Position numbers and translations under genes: made by a program
Assembly: GCA_951813565.1 (NCBI GenBank)
Contig: OX638351.1
Location: 1,440,001 to 1,504,000, forward strand
Length of the DNA stretch: 64,000 nucleotides
Direction: 5' to 3'
Origin: an uncultured Poribacteria bacterium
GTDB taxonomy: Bacteria > Poribacteria > WGA-4E > WGA-3G
Notes under the pieces: model-generated
Database searches by the model: none
The model's input: only the letters and a program-made list of their open reading frames with translations
Told to the model about the DNA's origin: nothing
Shown here: in pieces, positions 20,341 through 29,981 of the stretch
Position numbering within the stretch: position 1 is the first letter of the stretch
Layout: each line of letters begins with the position of its first letter

Positions 20341-23322
20341 TTATTGGTTGTTTCCCAATATTCCTGACCAGATCGCACGTCGCGCATCCGTGCTGTCAGG
20401 TTTTTGGGTAATGGTAATATTAATACTCGCTGCTTCAAGAGGCGGTTTTCCGGGCATGCCGCCTAATGTAGTTGGTAGGGTAATTTTTTCACCTTTTCGC
20501 TCAAGGGTTAACTCTACGACATCACCTGATTTCCAGTCTTTTGCCGATCTTCTGACGTCTTCAAATGTCTTCACGGGTGTGTCGTTGATCGCAATAAGTT
20601 TGTCACCGTCTTGATACTTGGGCGATCGAAAAATAATCAGACTCCCCTCCTTCGTATTCCTGAGTAAACGAATGGACAACATCTCATTGAGAATATACCT
20701 AAGGTTCGGTAGTTTTTCACCAAATTCTATCTGTGCATCTACACCCGCGTTTTTAAGGTATTCTTCTAAAGGTAATCGCTCTGTGCCTGTTACATATTTA
20801 TTGAAAAATGATTCAAAATCTTTACCTGCAATTTGGCTGACGATCCTGATGACATCATTAATAGCGAACACGTTATCGGTAAGCCCAAATTCCTTATACA
20901 TCTGCTTCATCACATCGTCTAAGCTACTCCGATTTCGCGTTAGCGCGCGAATCTCTAAATCTAAAGCCATCGCAACGAGACTCCCACCGTCATAAACAAG
21001 TTCTCGGTTGGCAAATTTGTTTTTGCCTGCCTCTCGGATAGAACGTTTCCCTTGTTCTGATAAATATGATTCCGACGAACGTTTAAGATTTATAAGAAAA
21101 TCGTTTTCAGAAATAAGTCCAAGGCGAGTACAAACAACATTTGAATAATACGAAGTGAACCCCTCGGTAAACCAATATTCCTGTTTACCAGCCTCAGTGA
21201 ACCAATTTTCCGACTTGGCAAAATAAATGGCTTTTCCATTCCACATATAGCAAACCACGCCTGCCACTAAATTAGCCCAAAAACTTCTATTCGTTTCGTC
21301 TAATTCGCCTCCGATCAGAGCGGTGATGCTACGTCCTGATGCACCACCGCTGCGATATCCTTCCGCACCATAAGGGTTAGCGACAAACAGCATCCTGTCT
21401 TTCGGGGTACCCCCAAATACTTCTGTATACGCTTTCAGGATTGCTTCAATAGTACGCTGTATTTTATCCATAGATGCTTTAAAGCGTCCACCAATGGCAA
21501 GCACTATCTCCGCATCTCCAGATTTTACTATTCGTTCACAATGTTCACCAAGCACAAGATACGCATTCATCAAGTCGTCCTGATCTTTACAAACAAAACG
21601 ATGGTCTTCAGGTTCAATCCGCTCCCAAGCCGTTGAAACATGCCAATTATCAGGGACGTTAACTTGCAATTCAATATCTTTCACCTTACCCACGATAAAT
21701 AGGGCATATCCAGTCCAAAAGATGCAATCTTCTTGGGTGTACGGTGCTTCATCCCTGCCTGTAGGCCAATCCCGTTCATCATGGTTTAACAACGCTTTGT
21801 AGTACAACTTCACAGGTAAGTCATCCCGCGTTTCAACAACCCATTGTGTTTTGTCAATCTCTTCAACAGGTAACGTTTCTCCATTTACATCAGTAACTGT
21901 CAAGTCGCGAAGATAACGAGCATATCCATCATACAACCATTCAGTATCAAAGCGGCTCATGGATAACATCAGATGTTTTTTGCCGCTTTTAGCACCACTG
22001 CCAATTTTCGGTGTTAGGATACACTTGACTTCTGCTATGCGCGGTTCATCAGCATCTATTGTGACTTCATATCTTGCCGATGCAAGTTCCATCTGGTTTT
22101 CAAGATTCACTGGTTTACTGAAATTCCTGATGACGTGCCACTTCTCAAAAACTGCTTCGTCACGATAGCTATTTTGCCATCTGTATGTCCACTGCGTCCC
22201 GACTTGCACAGGGAGGTATTCTCCACCCTCAAGCGGAACTTCGTATTTAAACAATTCAGCTTCAGTTACGACACCGTTGGCGTGTTCATATCGCATCTTA
22301 ACAAGTCCAACACCCTTAGCGAACCATAAATAACGGGTGCCGTTAACAAGTGCATTCCGCAGTTCAGCATTTGTGCCTTCTACATCAGCATTTGTAAAAA
22401 CGGTTTTATGCTTCAGACATTTTTCAAATACCGCCGCCGACACTTCTACCCTTTCATAACCTTCCAAAGTCGTTTTTGCTTTTGATTTCCAAGCACCTTT
22501 TTGCTCCCAACTTTTTCCGATATTCATAGGAAACCTAAAAAGGTTAATCTTACCGTGGCTGACATAATGTAACAACATATACATTGGTGATGGATCACCA
22601 TCATCATGACCTCTTGTGCCAATACCGGAAGATGTGAAAACCTTATCGGTTCGGTTTAGACGGAAACCACCTTCTGCTAAATGCTCGCCACTTTCCGTTA
22701 CCGCAGTCGCTTGAATGCTAATGTATCGTGGTTCGCCTCTCAATAAATTAGGACTCAAATTTTCGCGAATCATTGACTCCTCCTTCTCCAGTCTCTTCCG
22801 TGCACGGTATAACCGACTCTTTACCGTGTTCAGCGATATGTCTAAACGCGCACTCACCTCTTCACAGGTCAAACCTTTGAAATAGTGTAGGACAATTACG
22901 GAACGTTCAGACTTTGGTAGTTTTTGGAGGAGATTTTCCACGACTTCGCGTAACCTGCTTGTTGATGCTTGTGTCTGCTCTTCTTCAAGATAGCGGACGT
23001 AGAACAGCCTTTCCAGTTCTGATTTTGGCATCGCATCTATAGATGGCATTGCAAGTGGCTTTTTTCGTATCCACTCTACGCACCGACGTTTTGCTATTAC
23101 GCGAAGCCACCCTAAAAAACGTTTGGGGTCTCGTAACGTTGGCAGGGAGTTAAAAGCATGGATAAAGGTGTCCTGCGTAACTTCTTGCGCTGCATGGAAG
23201 TCGCCGATTTCTTGCCATGCAAGAGAGTGAACCCACTTTTGATGCTTTTGCACGAGCGCAGTGAAAGCGTACTCATCTCCTGACAAGATGCGCTGAATCA
23301 GACCAACATCGTCATTTTTCAT
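20341..23322 (-). CDS. ECF sigma factor fused to beta-rich domain, M61 (glycyl aminopeptidase)-like domain lacking HEXXH, and PDZ
   Basis: Sigma regions 2/4 in aa ~1-185; M61-like WFTEGFTSYY and YDGGSLVAMALDLEIR..SLDDVMK; PDZ GDKLIAINDTPV; no TM helix evident. Confidence 0.8.
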   Translation of the reverse strand: MKNDDVGLIQRILSGDEYAFTALVQKHQKWVHSLAWQEIGDFHAAQEVTQDTFIHAFNSLPTLRDPKRFLGWLRVIAKRRCVEWIRKKPLAMPSIDAMPKSELERLFYVRYLEEEQTQASTSRLREVVENLLQKLPKSERSVIVLHYFKGLTCEEVSARLDISLNTVKSRLYRARKRLEKEESMIRENLSPNLLRGEPRYISIQATAVTESGEHLAEGGFRLNRTDKVFTSSGIGTRGHDDGDPSPMYMLLHYVSHGKINLFRFPMNIGKSWEQKGAWKSKAKTTLEGYERVEVSAAVFEKCLKHKTVFTNADVEGTNAELRNALVNGTRYLWFAKGVGLVKMRYEHANGVVTEAELFKYEVPLEGGEYLPVQVGTQWTYRWQNSYRDEAVFEKWHVIRNFSKPVNLENQMELASARYEVTIDADEPRIAEVKCILTPKIGSGAKSGKKHLMLSMSRFDTEWLYDGYARYLRDLTVTDVNGETLPVEEIDKTQWVVETRDDLPVKLYYKALLNHDERDWPTGRDEAPYTQEDCIFWTGYALFIVGKVKDIELQVNVPDNWHVSTAWERIEPEDHRFVCKDQDDLMNAYLVLGEHCERIVKSGDAEIVLAIGGRFKASMDKIQRTIEAILKAYTEVFGGTPKDRMLFVANPYGAEGYRSGGASGRSITALIGGELDETNRSFWANLVAGVVCYMWNGKAIYFAKSENWFTEAGKQEYWFTEGFTSYYSNVVCTRLGLISENDFLINLKRSSESYLSEQGKRSIREAGKNKFANRELVYDGGSLVAMALDLEIRALTRNRSSLDDVMKQMYKEFGLTDNVFAINDVIRIVSQIAGKDFESFFNKYVTGTERLPLEEYLKNAGVDAQIEFGEKLPNLRYILNEMLSIRLLRNTKEGSLIIFRSPKYQDGDKLIAINDTPVKTFEDVRRSAKDWKSGDVVELTLERKGEKITLPTTLGGMPGKPPLEAASINITITQKPDSTDARRAIWSGILGNNQ

Positions 23323-23356
23323 GCCAATCCTCCAAAATAAATTGCCTTATAGTCTA

Positions 23357-23386
23357 TAGTCGTGTTTTAAGGGAGTAAAGGTTGCA
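23357..23386 (-). promoter_or_regulatory. Putative autoregulatory ECF promoter of the sigma-M61-PDZ gene
   Basis: Minus strand TGCAACC-N17-CGACTA, ~35 nt upstream of the ATG. Confidence 0.7.
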
Positions 23387-23611
23387 TAAAATGCAATTAC
23401 AAGACAAAATTTTGGGAAATAAATAGTTTTAGACCTGCAAAAAGGTCAGCATTTACTTAAACTGGATACAAACTGCTGTATGCTGCAGAAATCAGCGAAA
23501 CCAAGCAATTCCGAAATATTTAGTAATAAATGTGGACAAAATATCGTTATATCTGGTACAATACGTTAAATATAACGATTTGATTTCTTGATTGAGAAAG
23601 GAGGTGCAATT

Positions 23612-24880
23612 ATGGGATTGGCTGAAGTAGACACTAACCATGCTGTATTGCGCGCGACCGATGTTCCACATCCTTACCTACATACCATATTTGAAGTCAG
23701 TGATAAATATCTAAGACGCGTTTTCAATGAACAACAGTTGAATGATTTTAAAACTGATTGCCTCCATAACATTCAAGGAGATAGAGATTCGACCATAGAA
23801 CAGTTTATCAAAGCATACTACGATTTAGTGAAGAAAGAATATCAAAAACAATATGCTAATGCCGATCCATCTCTGAATCAAGATATTTTTTTTGAACCTC
23901 ACAGACCGAAAATGTTGTGGGGTAACTGCCTGGACTTTTTGCGGCGCATGGACAGCGAAAGCGTTCAGTTGATGATCACTTCGCCACCATATTACAACGC
24001 AAGAGATTATTCCCAGTGGGAAACTCTGGATGACTATTTGGATGAAATGTCCAGTATTATCAAGGAATGCTATCGGGTCCTGGACAATCATCGCCCTTTC
24101 GTTTTCAATGTCGGAGATATATTTGACAACGACAACAGACATACCAAATCGACTTGGGGAAAACGCCGAATACCTTTGGGTGCATATTTCACTATGATAT
24201 TTGAAGAACACGGTTTTCAATTTGTGGATGACTTCATCTGGGACAAAGGGGAAGTTCAGACTCAGCGACATAAGAATGGAAACAGACCTTACCCATTGTA
24301 TCAATATCCCGTCAACTGTTATGAGCATATTTTTATTTTCTACAAGCATCGGTTGGATGAAACACTTTATCCCTGTCCAGTATGTGGATGTCTGAAAATC
24401 AATGGGAATGCATACTCTGGAGTAGGTATCAAATCTTGGGAATGCAAGAATTTAGACTGTTTCAAGCGATCAGCAGGCAATCGCGGCAAACGTTTTTCTG
24501 CCCGTACGCAGTTGATGACGGGTTTGCAACGATCCCATAACTTTGTTGATGAAGATTTGCTGCGGCAATGGCGTCGCGATATCGTCAAATTAGCACCAGT
24601 AATCAAGATAAACAGCAAGGGTCAAAACACGCTTGGACATACAGCCCCCTTCCCACGCGAAATTCCCGAATACGCAGTTCGGGTGTTCAGTGGTATAGAG
24701 GAATCTGTCCTCGATCCTTTTGCAGGTTCATTCACGACCACAATAGAATCATTGAGGTTAGGACGAAATAGTATTGGAATAGAACTGAATAGAACATTGT
24801 TTAGAGATGCCGTCCTGAATCGGATCCCAGGTGGTCTCTTTACTACGGAACCGAAAGAGGTGGAAAGTGAATGGATCTGA
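23612..24880 (+). CDS. Site-specific amino (N4-C/N6-A) DNA methyltransferase, beta class, with inserted Cys cluster
   Basis: AAGGAGGT RBS; TSPPY precedes VLDPFAGS; HTAPFP; insert CPVCGC..WECKNLDC. Confidence 0.9.
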   Translation: MGLAEVDTNHAVLRATDVPHPYLHTIFEVSDKYLRRVFNEQQLNDFKTDCLHNIQGDRDSTIEQFIKAYYDLVKKEYQKQYANADPSLNQDIFFEPHRPKMLWGNCLDFLRRMDSESVQLMITSPPYYNARDYSQWETLDDYLDEMSSIIKECYRVLDNHRPFVFNVGDIFDNDNRHTKSTWGKRRIPLGAYFTMIFEEHGFQFVDDFIWDKGEVQTQRHKNGNRPYPLYQYPVNCYEHIFIFYKHRLDETLYPCPVCGCLKINGNAYSGVGIKSWECKNLDCFKRSAGNRGKRFSARTQLMTGLQRSHNFVDEDLLRQWRRDIVKLAPVIKINSKGQNTLGHTAPFPREIPEYAVRVFSGIEESVLDPFAGSFTTTIESLRLGRNSIGIELNRTLFRDAVLNRIPGGLFTTEPKEVESEWI

Positions 24881-25520
24881 TACCGATAAACGTGTAATCG
24901 GTCTTTATGGTGAGATGCGATTGGCAATGGAACTACATAAACGAGGATGGCAAGTTTATAGTGCATATATTGATGAGAAATACGATTTTGTCATTCTGAA
25001 AAGTTACTGTGAAAACTGCAAAACCTTCAAAGATGCATGGACTCGTGAAGAAACTTATATAGATAAGAAAGGCAATGAGAAGAAAGGTAAAACAGTAACT
25101 CAGCTATGCAATACATGTCACCAAGACAGTCTGAAGATGCTCGTTCGATTTATACAAGTAAAGACATCAGAGGGAATTTCTGGAAAGAAAACAAAATCAG
25201 GAGAAAAAATAAAAACGTATAGTTTCCATGCGAAAATCCGTTATCACCTGGCAGATTCCAGAATATTTTACGCATGGATACAAGTTTGGGACGAAGACAA
25301 CGTCAACTACTACATTTTCAAAACGGAAGATGTTGCACTTTTTGATAATTTGCAGATAGCATCCTATCAAATAACCGACAATCAGAAAACGTCACTGAGA
25401 ATGAACAAAGAGGGAAAAGTACTAAATGAGGGGAAGATATATGATTACAGTGCGTTTGAAAAATTTCACAATAATTTCGATTGTTTGGAAAAGATAATTC
25501 CTGGTGATGATTGGAAGTAA
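24867..25520 (+). CDS. Putative PD-(D/E)XK restriction endonuclease with zinc ribbon
   Basis: Overlaps the MTase end; GEMRLAMELHKRGW, YDFV, FIQVKT; CENC..CNTC. Confidence 0.65.
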   Translation: MNGSDTDKRVIGLYGEMRLAMELHKRGWQVYSAYIDEKYDFVILKSYCENCKTFKDAWTREETYIDKKGNEKKGKTVTQLCNTCHQDSLKMLVRFIQVKTSEGISGKKTKSGEKIKTYSFHAKIRYHLADSRIFYAWIQVWDEDNVNYYIFKTEDVALFDNLQIASYQITDNQKTSLRMNKEGKVLNEGKIYDYSAFEKFHNNFDCLEKIIPGDDWK

Positions 25521-25654
25521 CCACAATGAGCAAGGAGGTAACCCAATAAAAGCCAAGAAGAAGCCTCTATACGCTCTCTGGGCAACCCACCAAGCCCAAA
25601 ACTACTTATTGCAAATTTGTTATTCGGAAAATGTCTGTAGACGTAGTGGAAATG

Positions 25655-26749
25655 TTAATAATCCGCGACAGAACCGTCTGCTAAACGAGCGTTGGGCCAA
25701 TTAAACCTTCTTCCCGAATTACTAACTTCAATCACCTTCGCCTCATCCACTTCAACGCCCAACCCCGGACCTTCAGGTAGCGAAACGTATCCTTCATCGT
25801 CCATCTCCCACGTTTTATGTGCAACACCAGCAGGTAGGACATTCTCATAACCTTCGTGGATAAGGAAAAACGGCACAGAGGCAGATAGGTGAAAACTCGC
25901 TGTAAGACCGAGATAAGACATAGTGCAGTGCGGTGCTATCGGGACGTGATGTGCTTCTGCAAGTGTAGCAACTTTTTTGACTTGCGTGATGCCGCCGCCA
26001 TGTCCAACATCGGGTTGAAGGATGTCAATCACTTGTGCTTCAAGAATTTCACGCACTTCCCATATTGTGCGGTCGCGTTCACCTGTCGCTAACGGCACAG
26101 GCACAAATTCGCGGATCTTTCGCATCACTTCAATGTTGCCCGGCACCCATGCTTCTTCAAGGAAAAGCAAATCGTCGGATTTGAGGTGTCCCGCAAATTG
26201 TTTAACGACAGGTGGCGGCATGCAACTATGTGCATCGAACATCACCGCGCCATCAGTACCAACTTTCTCTCGTGTGTCGTGAACCCGCTGCACCATATTT
26301 GCAATTTCATCCGGCGTGCCAGCGAAAGTTTTAGAACCACCCGGTCCCGTTTTAATAGCCTTTGGACTCGGATACTTCCATATTTTATCACGACAGGGTC
26401 CGCCGAGCAAGCGATAGACCGGTACGCCCCACAGTTTCCCAGCAATATCCCACAACGCCATATCAATAGCAGAGATCGTATGCACCATCAATCCGCCACC
26501 ACGGATATTGCGATGTGCGCGGAATAGGCGCTGCCAGTGATGTTCAATACGTGTCGGGTTTTCTCCGATAATCATTGTGGACAGGGAACGTGCCAATTCA
26601 CAGGTGACGTTTGTCTCCATATTGTTGATTTCGCCCCACCCTGTAACGTCCATGTTAGTTTCAATCTTGACATACGCTTTCTCACCCATCGGGTAAGCCT
26701 CAAGGTTTGTCACTCGAATTTGCGATCCTTTATCTTCATAGTCTGCCAT
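25655..26749 (-). CDS. Mandelate racemase/enolase superfamily dehydratase (galactonate dehydratase-like)
   Basis: ISAIDMALWDIAGK..GVPVYRLLGG, MFDAH, FLEE, ATGER, IAPHC, GPGLGVE. Confidence 0.9.
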   Translation of the reverse strand: MADYEDKGSQIRVTNLEAYPMGEKAYVKIETNMDVTGWGEINNMETNVTCELARSLSTMIIGENPTRIEHHWQRLFRAHRNIRGGGLMVHTISAIDMALWDIAGKLWGVPVYRLLGGPCRDKIWKYPSPKAIKTGPGGSKTFAGTPDEIANMVQRVHDTREKVGTDGAVMFDAHSCMPPPVVKQFAGHLKSDDLLFLEEAWVPGNIEVMRKIREFVPVPLATGERDRTIWEVREILEAQVIDILQPDVGHGGGITQVKKVATLAEAHHVPIAPHCTMSYLGLTASFHLSASVPFFLIHEGYENVLPAGVAHKTWEMDDEGYVSLPEGPGLGVEVDEAKVIEVSNSGRRFNWPNARLADGSVADY

Positions 26750-26844
26750 TACAAAATCTCCCTTCTTTTTGTTGTGTTTTAGTTTTTCATAATTTCTGAA
26801 GTTTGTCAAACCTTTTCATAAGAATATCGGTGATGGTGGACATG

Positions 26845-26966
26845 CAGAACCATTCAATTTTTCAGTAATTTCTAACTTTTCTCAAAGGTCTCTTCCTGTA
26901 GGAGCGAGTTCCAACTCGCGACCTTTCGGCTAAAACGGGTAATAAGCTGACAATTGAATGCCTCTG
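26845..26966. mobile_element. REP-carrying MITE (copy 1)
   Basis: TIR CAGAACCATTCAATT / AATTGAATGCCTCTG; homologous to 50002-50122. Confidence 0.65.
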
Positions 26967-27055
26967 GTTAACATGAAATTTGTTGACGAAAACAACAGAA
27001 ATTGATACATTAACCTATATGACCGAATGCTCAACCAAATCAAGGAGACTAAATT

Positions 27056-28123
27056 ATGGCAACGGATCAAACATATCGTATCGGAGTCATTGGCTGTGGT
27101 GGAATGGGTCGGTCCCATTCCAGATCATGGCAAAAACAAGAGAATGCTGAAGTCGTAGCAGCAATGGATATCTACGAAGAATCTGCAAAACGCGTCGCAG
27201 ACGAATATGATGTCCCAGCTATCTACACCGACGTTGATGAAATGTTAGCAAAAGAGGATTTGGACATCGTTAGCATTACGACGTGGCAGGGACCGCGTGC
27301 TGAAGCCACAGTTGCTGCAGCGAAAGCTGGCGTGAAAGGAATTATCGGTGAAAAACCGATGTCCGCTTCGTTGGGTCAAGCAGATGATATGCTTGCCGCC
27401 TGTGAAGAGAACAATGTCAAACTTGTCATCGGACACCAAGGCAGATACAGCGCACAGAACACAGAAATTCGCAGACTCGTAGCTGCAGGTGCAATTGGGC
27501 AACCGACAACACTGCATCACCGCGCCAAAGCACACGCAGGTCTACTCAACACAGGCACACACGCGATTGATGGTTGGCGTTACCTGTTGTCCGATCCTGA
27601 GACGTTATGGGTTATCGGGCAAACATCGCGCACAACTGATCGATGGGAACGCCGCACAATTTGCGAAGACCTCTGTATGGGATTAATCTGCTTCGAAGGT
27701 GGCGCGCGTGCTATCTACGAAGGTGACCTGCCCGATCCGGGTGTTTCCATGCCGAGAATCGCTGGCACAGAGGGGCAAATTCGTAATGGTGATAACGGTA
27801 CAGTGCTGCTCCAAAACGGAGATGCGAAAGGTTGGCAAACAATTACGCCACCACCGGAACCCAAAAACCAATTCCAAGAATTAATTGAGTGGATAGAAGG
27901 CAAAATCCCGACCCACCGGGGCAGAGGGGAACAAGCCCGATACACCATCGAAATTATGATGGCGATTTATGAATCCTTACGCATTAAAGACGTTGTCAAT
28001 ATGCCGTTGGAAACCAAAGAATTGCCACTTGAGTTGATGGTTAATGACGGCACGCTTCCTGTCTTGGAAGAAGGTAAATACGACCTGCGTACCCCATTTG
28101 AAGGACAAACCCGGAAAAGGTAA
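27056..28123 (+). CDS. Gfo/Idh/MocA family oxidoreductase
   Basis: IGVIGCGGMG, GEKPM, GTHAID. Confidence 0.9.
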   Translation: MATDQTYRIGVIGCGGMGRSHSRSWQKQENAEVVAAMDIYEESAKRVADEYDVPAIYTDVDEMLAKEDLDIVSITTWQGPRAEATVAAAKAGVKGIIGEKPMSASLGQADDMLAACEENNVKLVIGHQGRYSAQNTEIRRLVAAGAIGQPTTLHHRAKAHAGLLNTGTHAIDGWRYLLSDPETLWVIGQTSRTTDRWERRTICEDLCMGLICFEGGARAIYEGDLPDPGVSMPRIAGTEGQIRNGDNGTVLLQNGDAKGWQTITPPPEPKNQFQELIEWIEGKIPTHRGRGEQARYTIEIMMAIYESLRIKDVVNMPLETKELPLELMVNDGTLPVLEEGKYDLRTPFEGQTRKR

Positions 28124-28135
28124 TTCGTCTTTTTC

Positions 28136-28265
28136 TTGTAGGAGGGGTTTTCAACCCCGATTGTTGAAGATTTTCAACCTTTTTTGTAGGAGGGGTTTTC
28201 AACCCCGATTGTTGAAGATTTTCAACCTTTTTTGTAGGAGAGGTTTTCAACCCCGATTGTTGAAG
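28136..28265 (+). repeat. Tandem REP array, three copies with a 48-bp period
   Basis: ttgtaggaggggttttcaaccccgattgttgaag at 28136, 28184 and 28232 with identical linkers. Confidence 0.9.
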
Positions 28266-28311
28266 GTTCACACGCTGAAATCCGATTATATTGTAATAGA
28301 GGAGAATTAGG

Positions 28312-28779
28312 ATGTCAAAAGAGAGTAGACGCTCTTTTTTACAAATCGCCACCGCTTTCATTGGTGGATTAGTGAGTTTAGCTGCCGGTATCCCGTTAAT
28401 CGGATTTGCTATTTCCCCTGCGTGGAAAAAAGGCGAATCGCAATGGGTTGACGTGGGAACGGTAGACCGCCTCAAAAACAGTCGCTTTAAGAAAGTCAAT
28501 TATACGTTCACAGCGAAAGATGGTTGGGTGAAAGCCACAAAGAAACGTTCTGTTTACGTGACGGATGCTGGTAATGGGGAATGGAGTGTCTTTTCACGGA
28601 CCTGCTCACATCTCGGTTGCCTTGTCCGATGGGATGAGAGTAAAGAATCGTTCCTATGCCCATGCCACGGTGCTATTTTTGATAAGACTGGAGCTGTTGT
28701 TGCCGGTCCGCCACCGGAACCGTTGCAGAAACTTGAAGTCAAAGTAGAAAATGGCCTTTTATATGTGAAGGAGGCGTAA
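28312..28779 (+). CDS. qcrA: Rieske 2Fe-2S subunit of a quinol:cytochrome c oxidoreductase
   Basis: Tat motif SRRSFL plus TM; CSHLGC and CPCHG; GPPPEPL. Confidence 0.9.
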   Translation: MSKESRRSFLQIATAFIGGLVSLAAGIPLIGFAISPAWKKGESQWVDVGTVDRLKNSRFKKVNYTFTAKDGWVKATKKRSVYVTDAGNGEWSVFSRTCSHLGCLVRWDESKESFLCPCHGAIFDKTGAVVAGPPPEPLQKLEVKVENGLLYVKEA

Positions 28780-29981
28780 TGAAACAGTTTCTCAATGATC
28801 GCCTCCCATTAGATGGGGTGATGGCGCATCTGCGCAAACCGCTGCCGAAACATATCAATCTGCTTTTTTCGCTCGGCAGTTTAGCGATGTTTCTACTGCT
28901 ACTTCAAGCAGCGACAGGGGCATTTTTAGCGCTATCCTATTCTCCTTCGCCAGACCACGCCCATAATGCAGTCAATTATATCACAAACGAGGTGCCGTTC
29001 GGTAACTTTGTGCGCGGTTTGCACCATTGGGGTGCCAGTGCGATGGTCATCATTGTCTTTCTGCATATACTCCGCGTTGTGCTTTACGGATCATACAAAG
29101 CACCGCGTGAACTCACCTGGGTTGTTGGCGTTCTGCTGCTATTGGTTACGCTCGGTTTCGGATTTACAGGTTATTTGCTGCCATGGGACGAAAAAGCGTA
29201 TTGGGCAACGGTTGTCGGAATTGAAATCTCAAGCACCGCGCCTATATTAGGCGATGTAGTCGCAAAGGTTATGCGTGGCGGTGCCGAGGTTGGCGCGGTG
29301 ACGCTGTCTCGGTTTTACGCACTGCATACGATTTGGTTGCCGTGGTTGGCTTTCGGTCTGGTCGGTGTGCACCTTTTCCTCGTCCGATTCTACGGTTCCT
29401 CAGGTTTACCGAAGAACACACCGGAGGAGATGAAAACCGGCAAACCGTTCTATCCAGATCAGGTATTTGAAGATGTTGTTGGCATGCTAATTCTCTTTGT
29501 AATACTTGCTTGCGCTGCGCTGTTCGCTCCTGTTCCGCTTGAAGATGTCGCAGACCCGACAAATGCAGATTACGATCCTCGTCCTGAATGGTATTTCTTG
29601 TTCCTATTTCAACTGCTCAAATACTTCCAAGGTCCCTTTGAAATTCTTGGGACATTTGTTATCCCGACAGTCGGCATGTTGCTACTGTTATTCTTGCCTT
29701 TCTTAGACAGAAGTGAGCGCAAAGTTCTTTGGAAACGCCCAATTGCAATGACGGTCACAAGTGTCTGTGTTGTAGCGATTGTAGGATTAACAATCCTCGG
29801 TGCGACTGCGCCGAAACTTGAAACGCAGGAGGAAGCAGCACAACCAGCAGATGAAGTGCAGCAGGTCATCCCACCTGATACCGAAACAGAAAATGTTGAC
29901 GAAGGGGAAGATGTGTTTGATTTCCAATTGACTGAGGAAGAAATTGAAGGGGCGAGAGAAGTGGGAGAAGAATCGGAATAG
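28779..29981 (+). CDS. qcrB: Cytochrome b (b6 plus subunit IV fused)
   Basis: RGLHHWGAS, FLHILR, GFTGYLLPWD, PEWYFLF; acidic C-terminal tail; overlaps the Rieske stop. Confidence 0.9.
   Translation: MKQFLNDRLPLDGVMAHLRKPLPKHINLLFSLGSLAMFLLLLQAATGAFLALSYSPSPDHAHNAVNYITNEVPFGNFVRGLHHWGASAMVIIVFLHILRVVLYGSYKAPRELTWVVGVLLLLVTLGFGFTGYLLPWDEKAYWATVVGIEISSTAPILGDVVAKVMRGGAEVGAVTLSRFYALHTIWLPWLAFGLVGVHLFLVRFYGSSGLPKNTPEEMKTGKPFYPDQVFEDVVGMLILFVILACAALFAPVPLEDVADPTNADYDPRPEWYFLFLFQLLKYFQGPFEILGTFVIPTVGMLLLLFLPFLDRSERKVLWKRPIAMTVTSVCVVAIVGLTILGATAPKLETQEEAAQPADEVQQVIPPDTETENVDEGEDVFDFQLTEEEIEGAREVGEESE

Noticed and set aside
28136..28265. Possible CRISPR array
   Set aside because: The linkers are identical (no unique spacers), the unit is a GTAG-REP also found singly at ~44435, and there are no cas genes.
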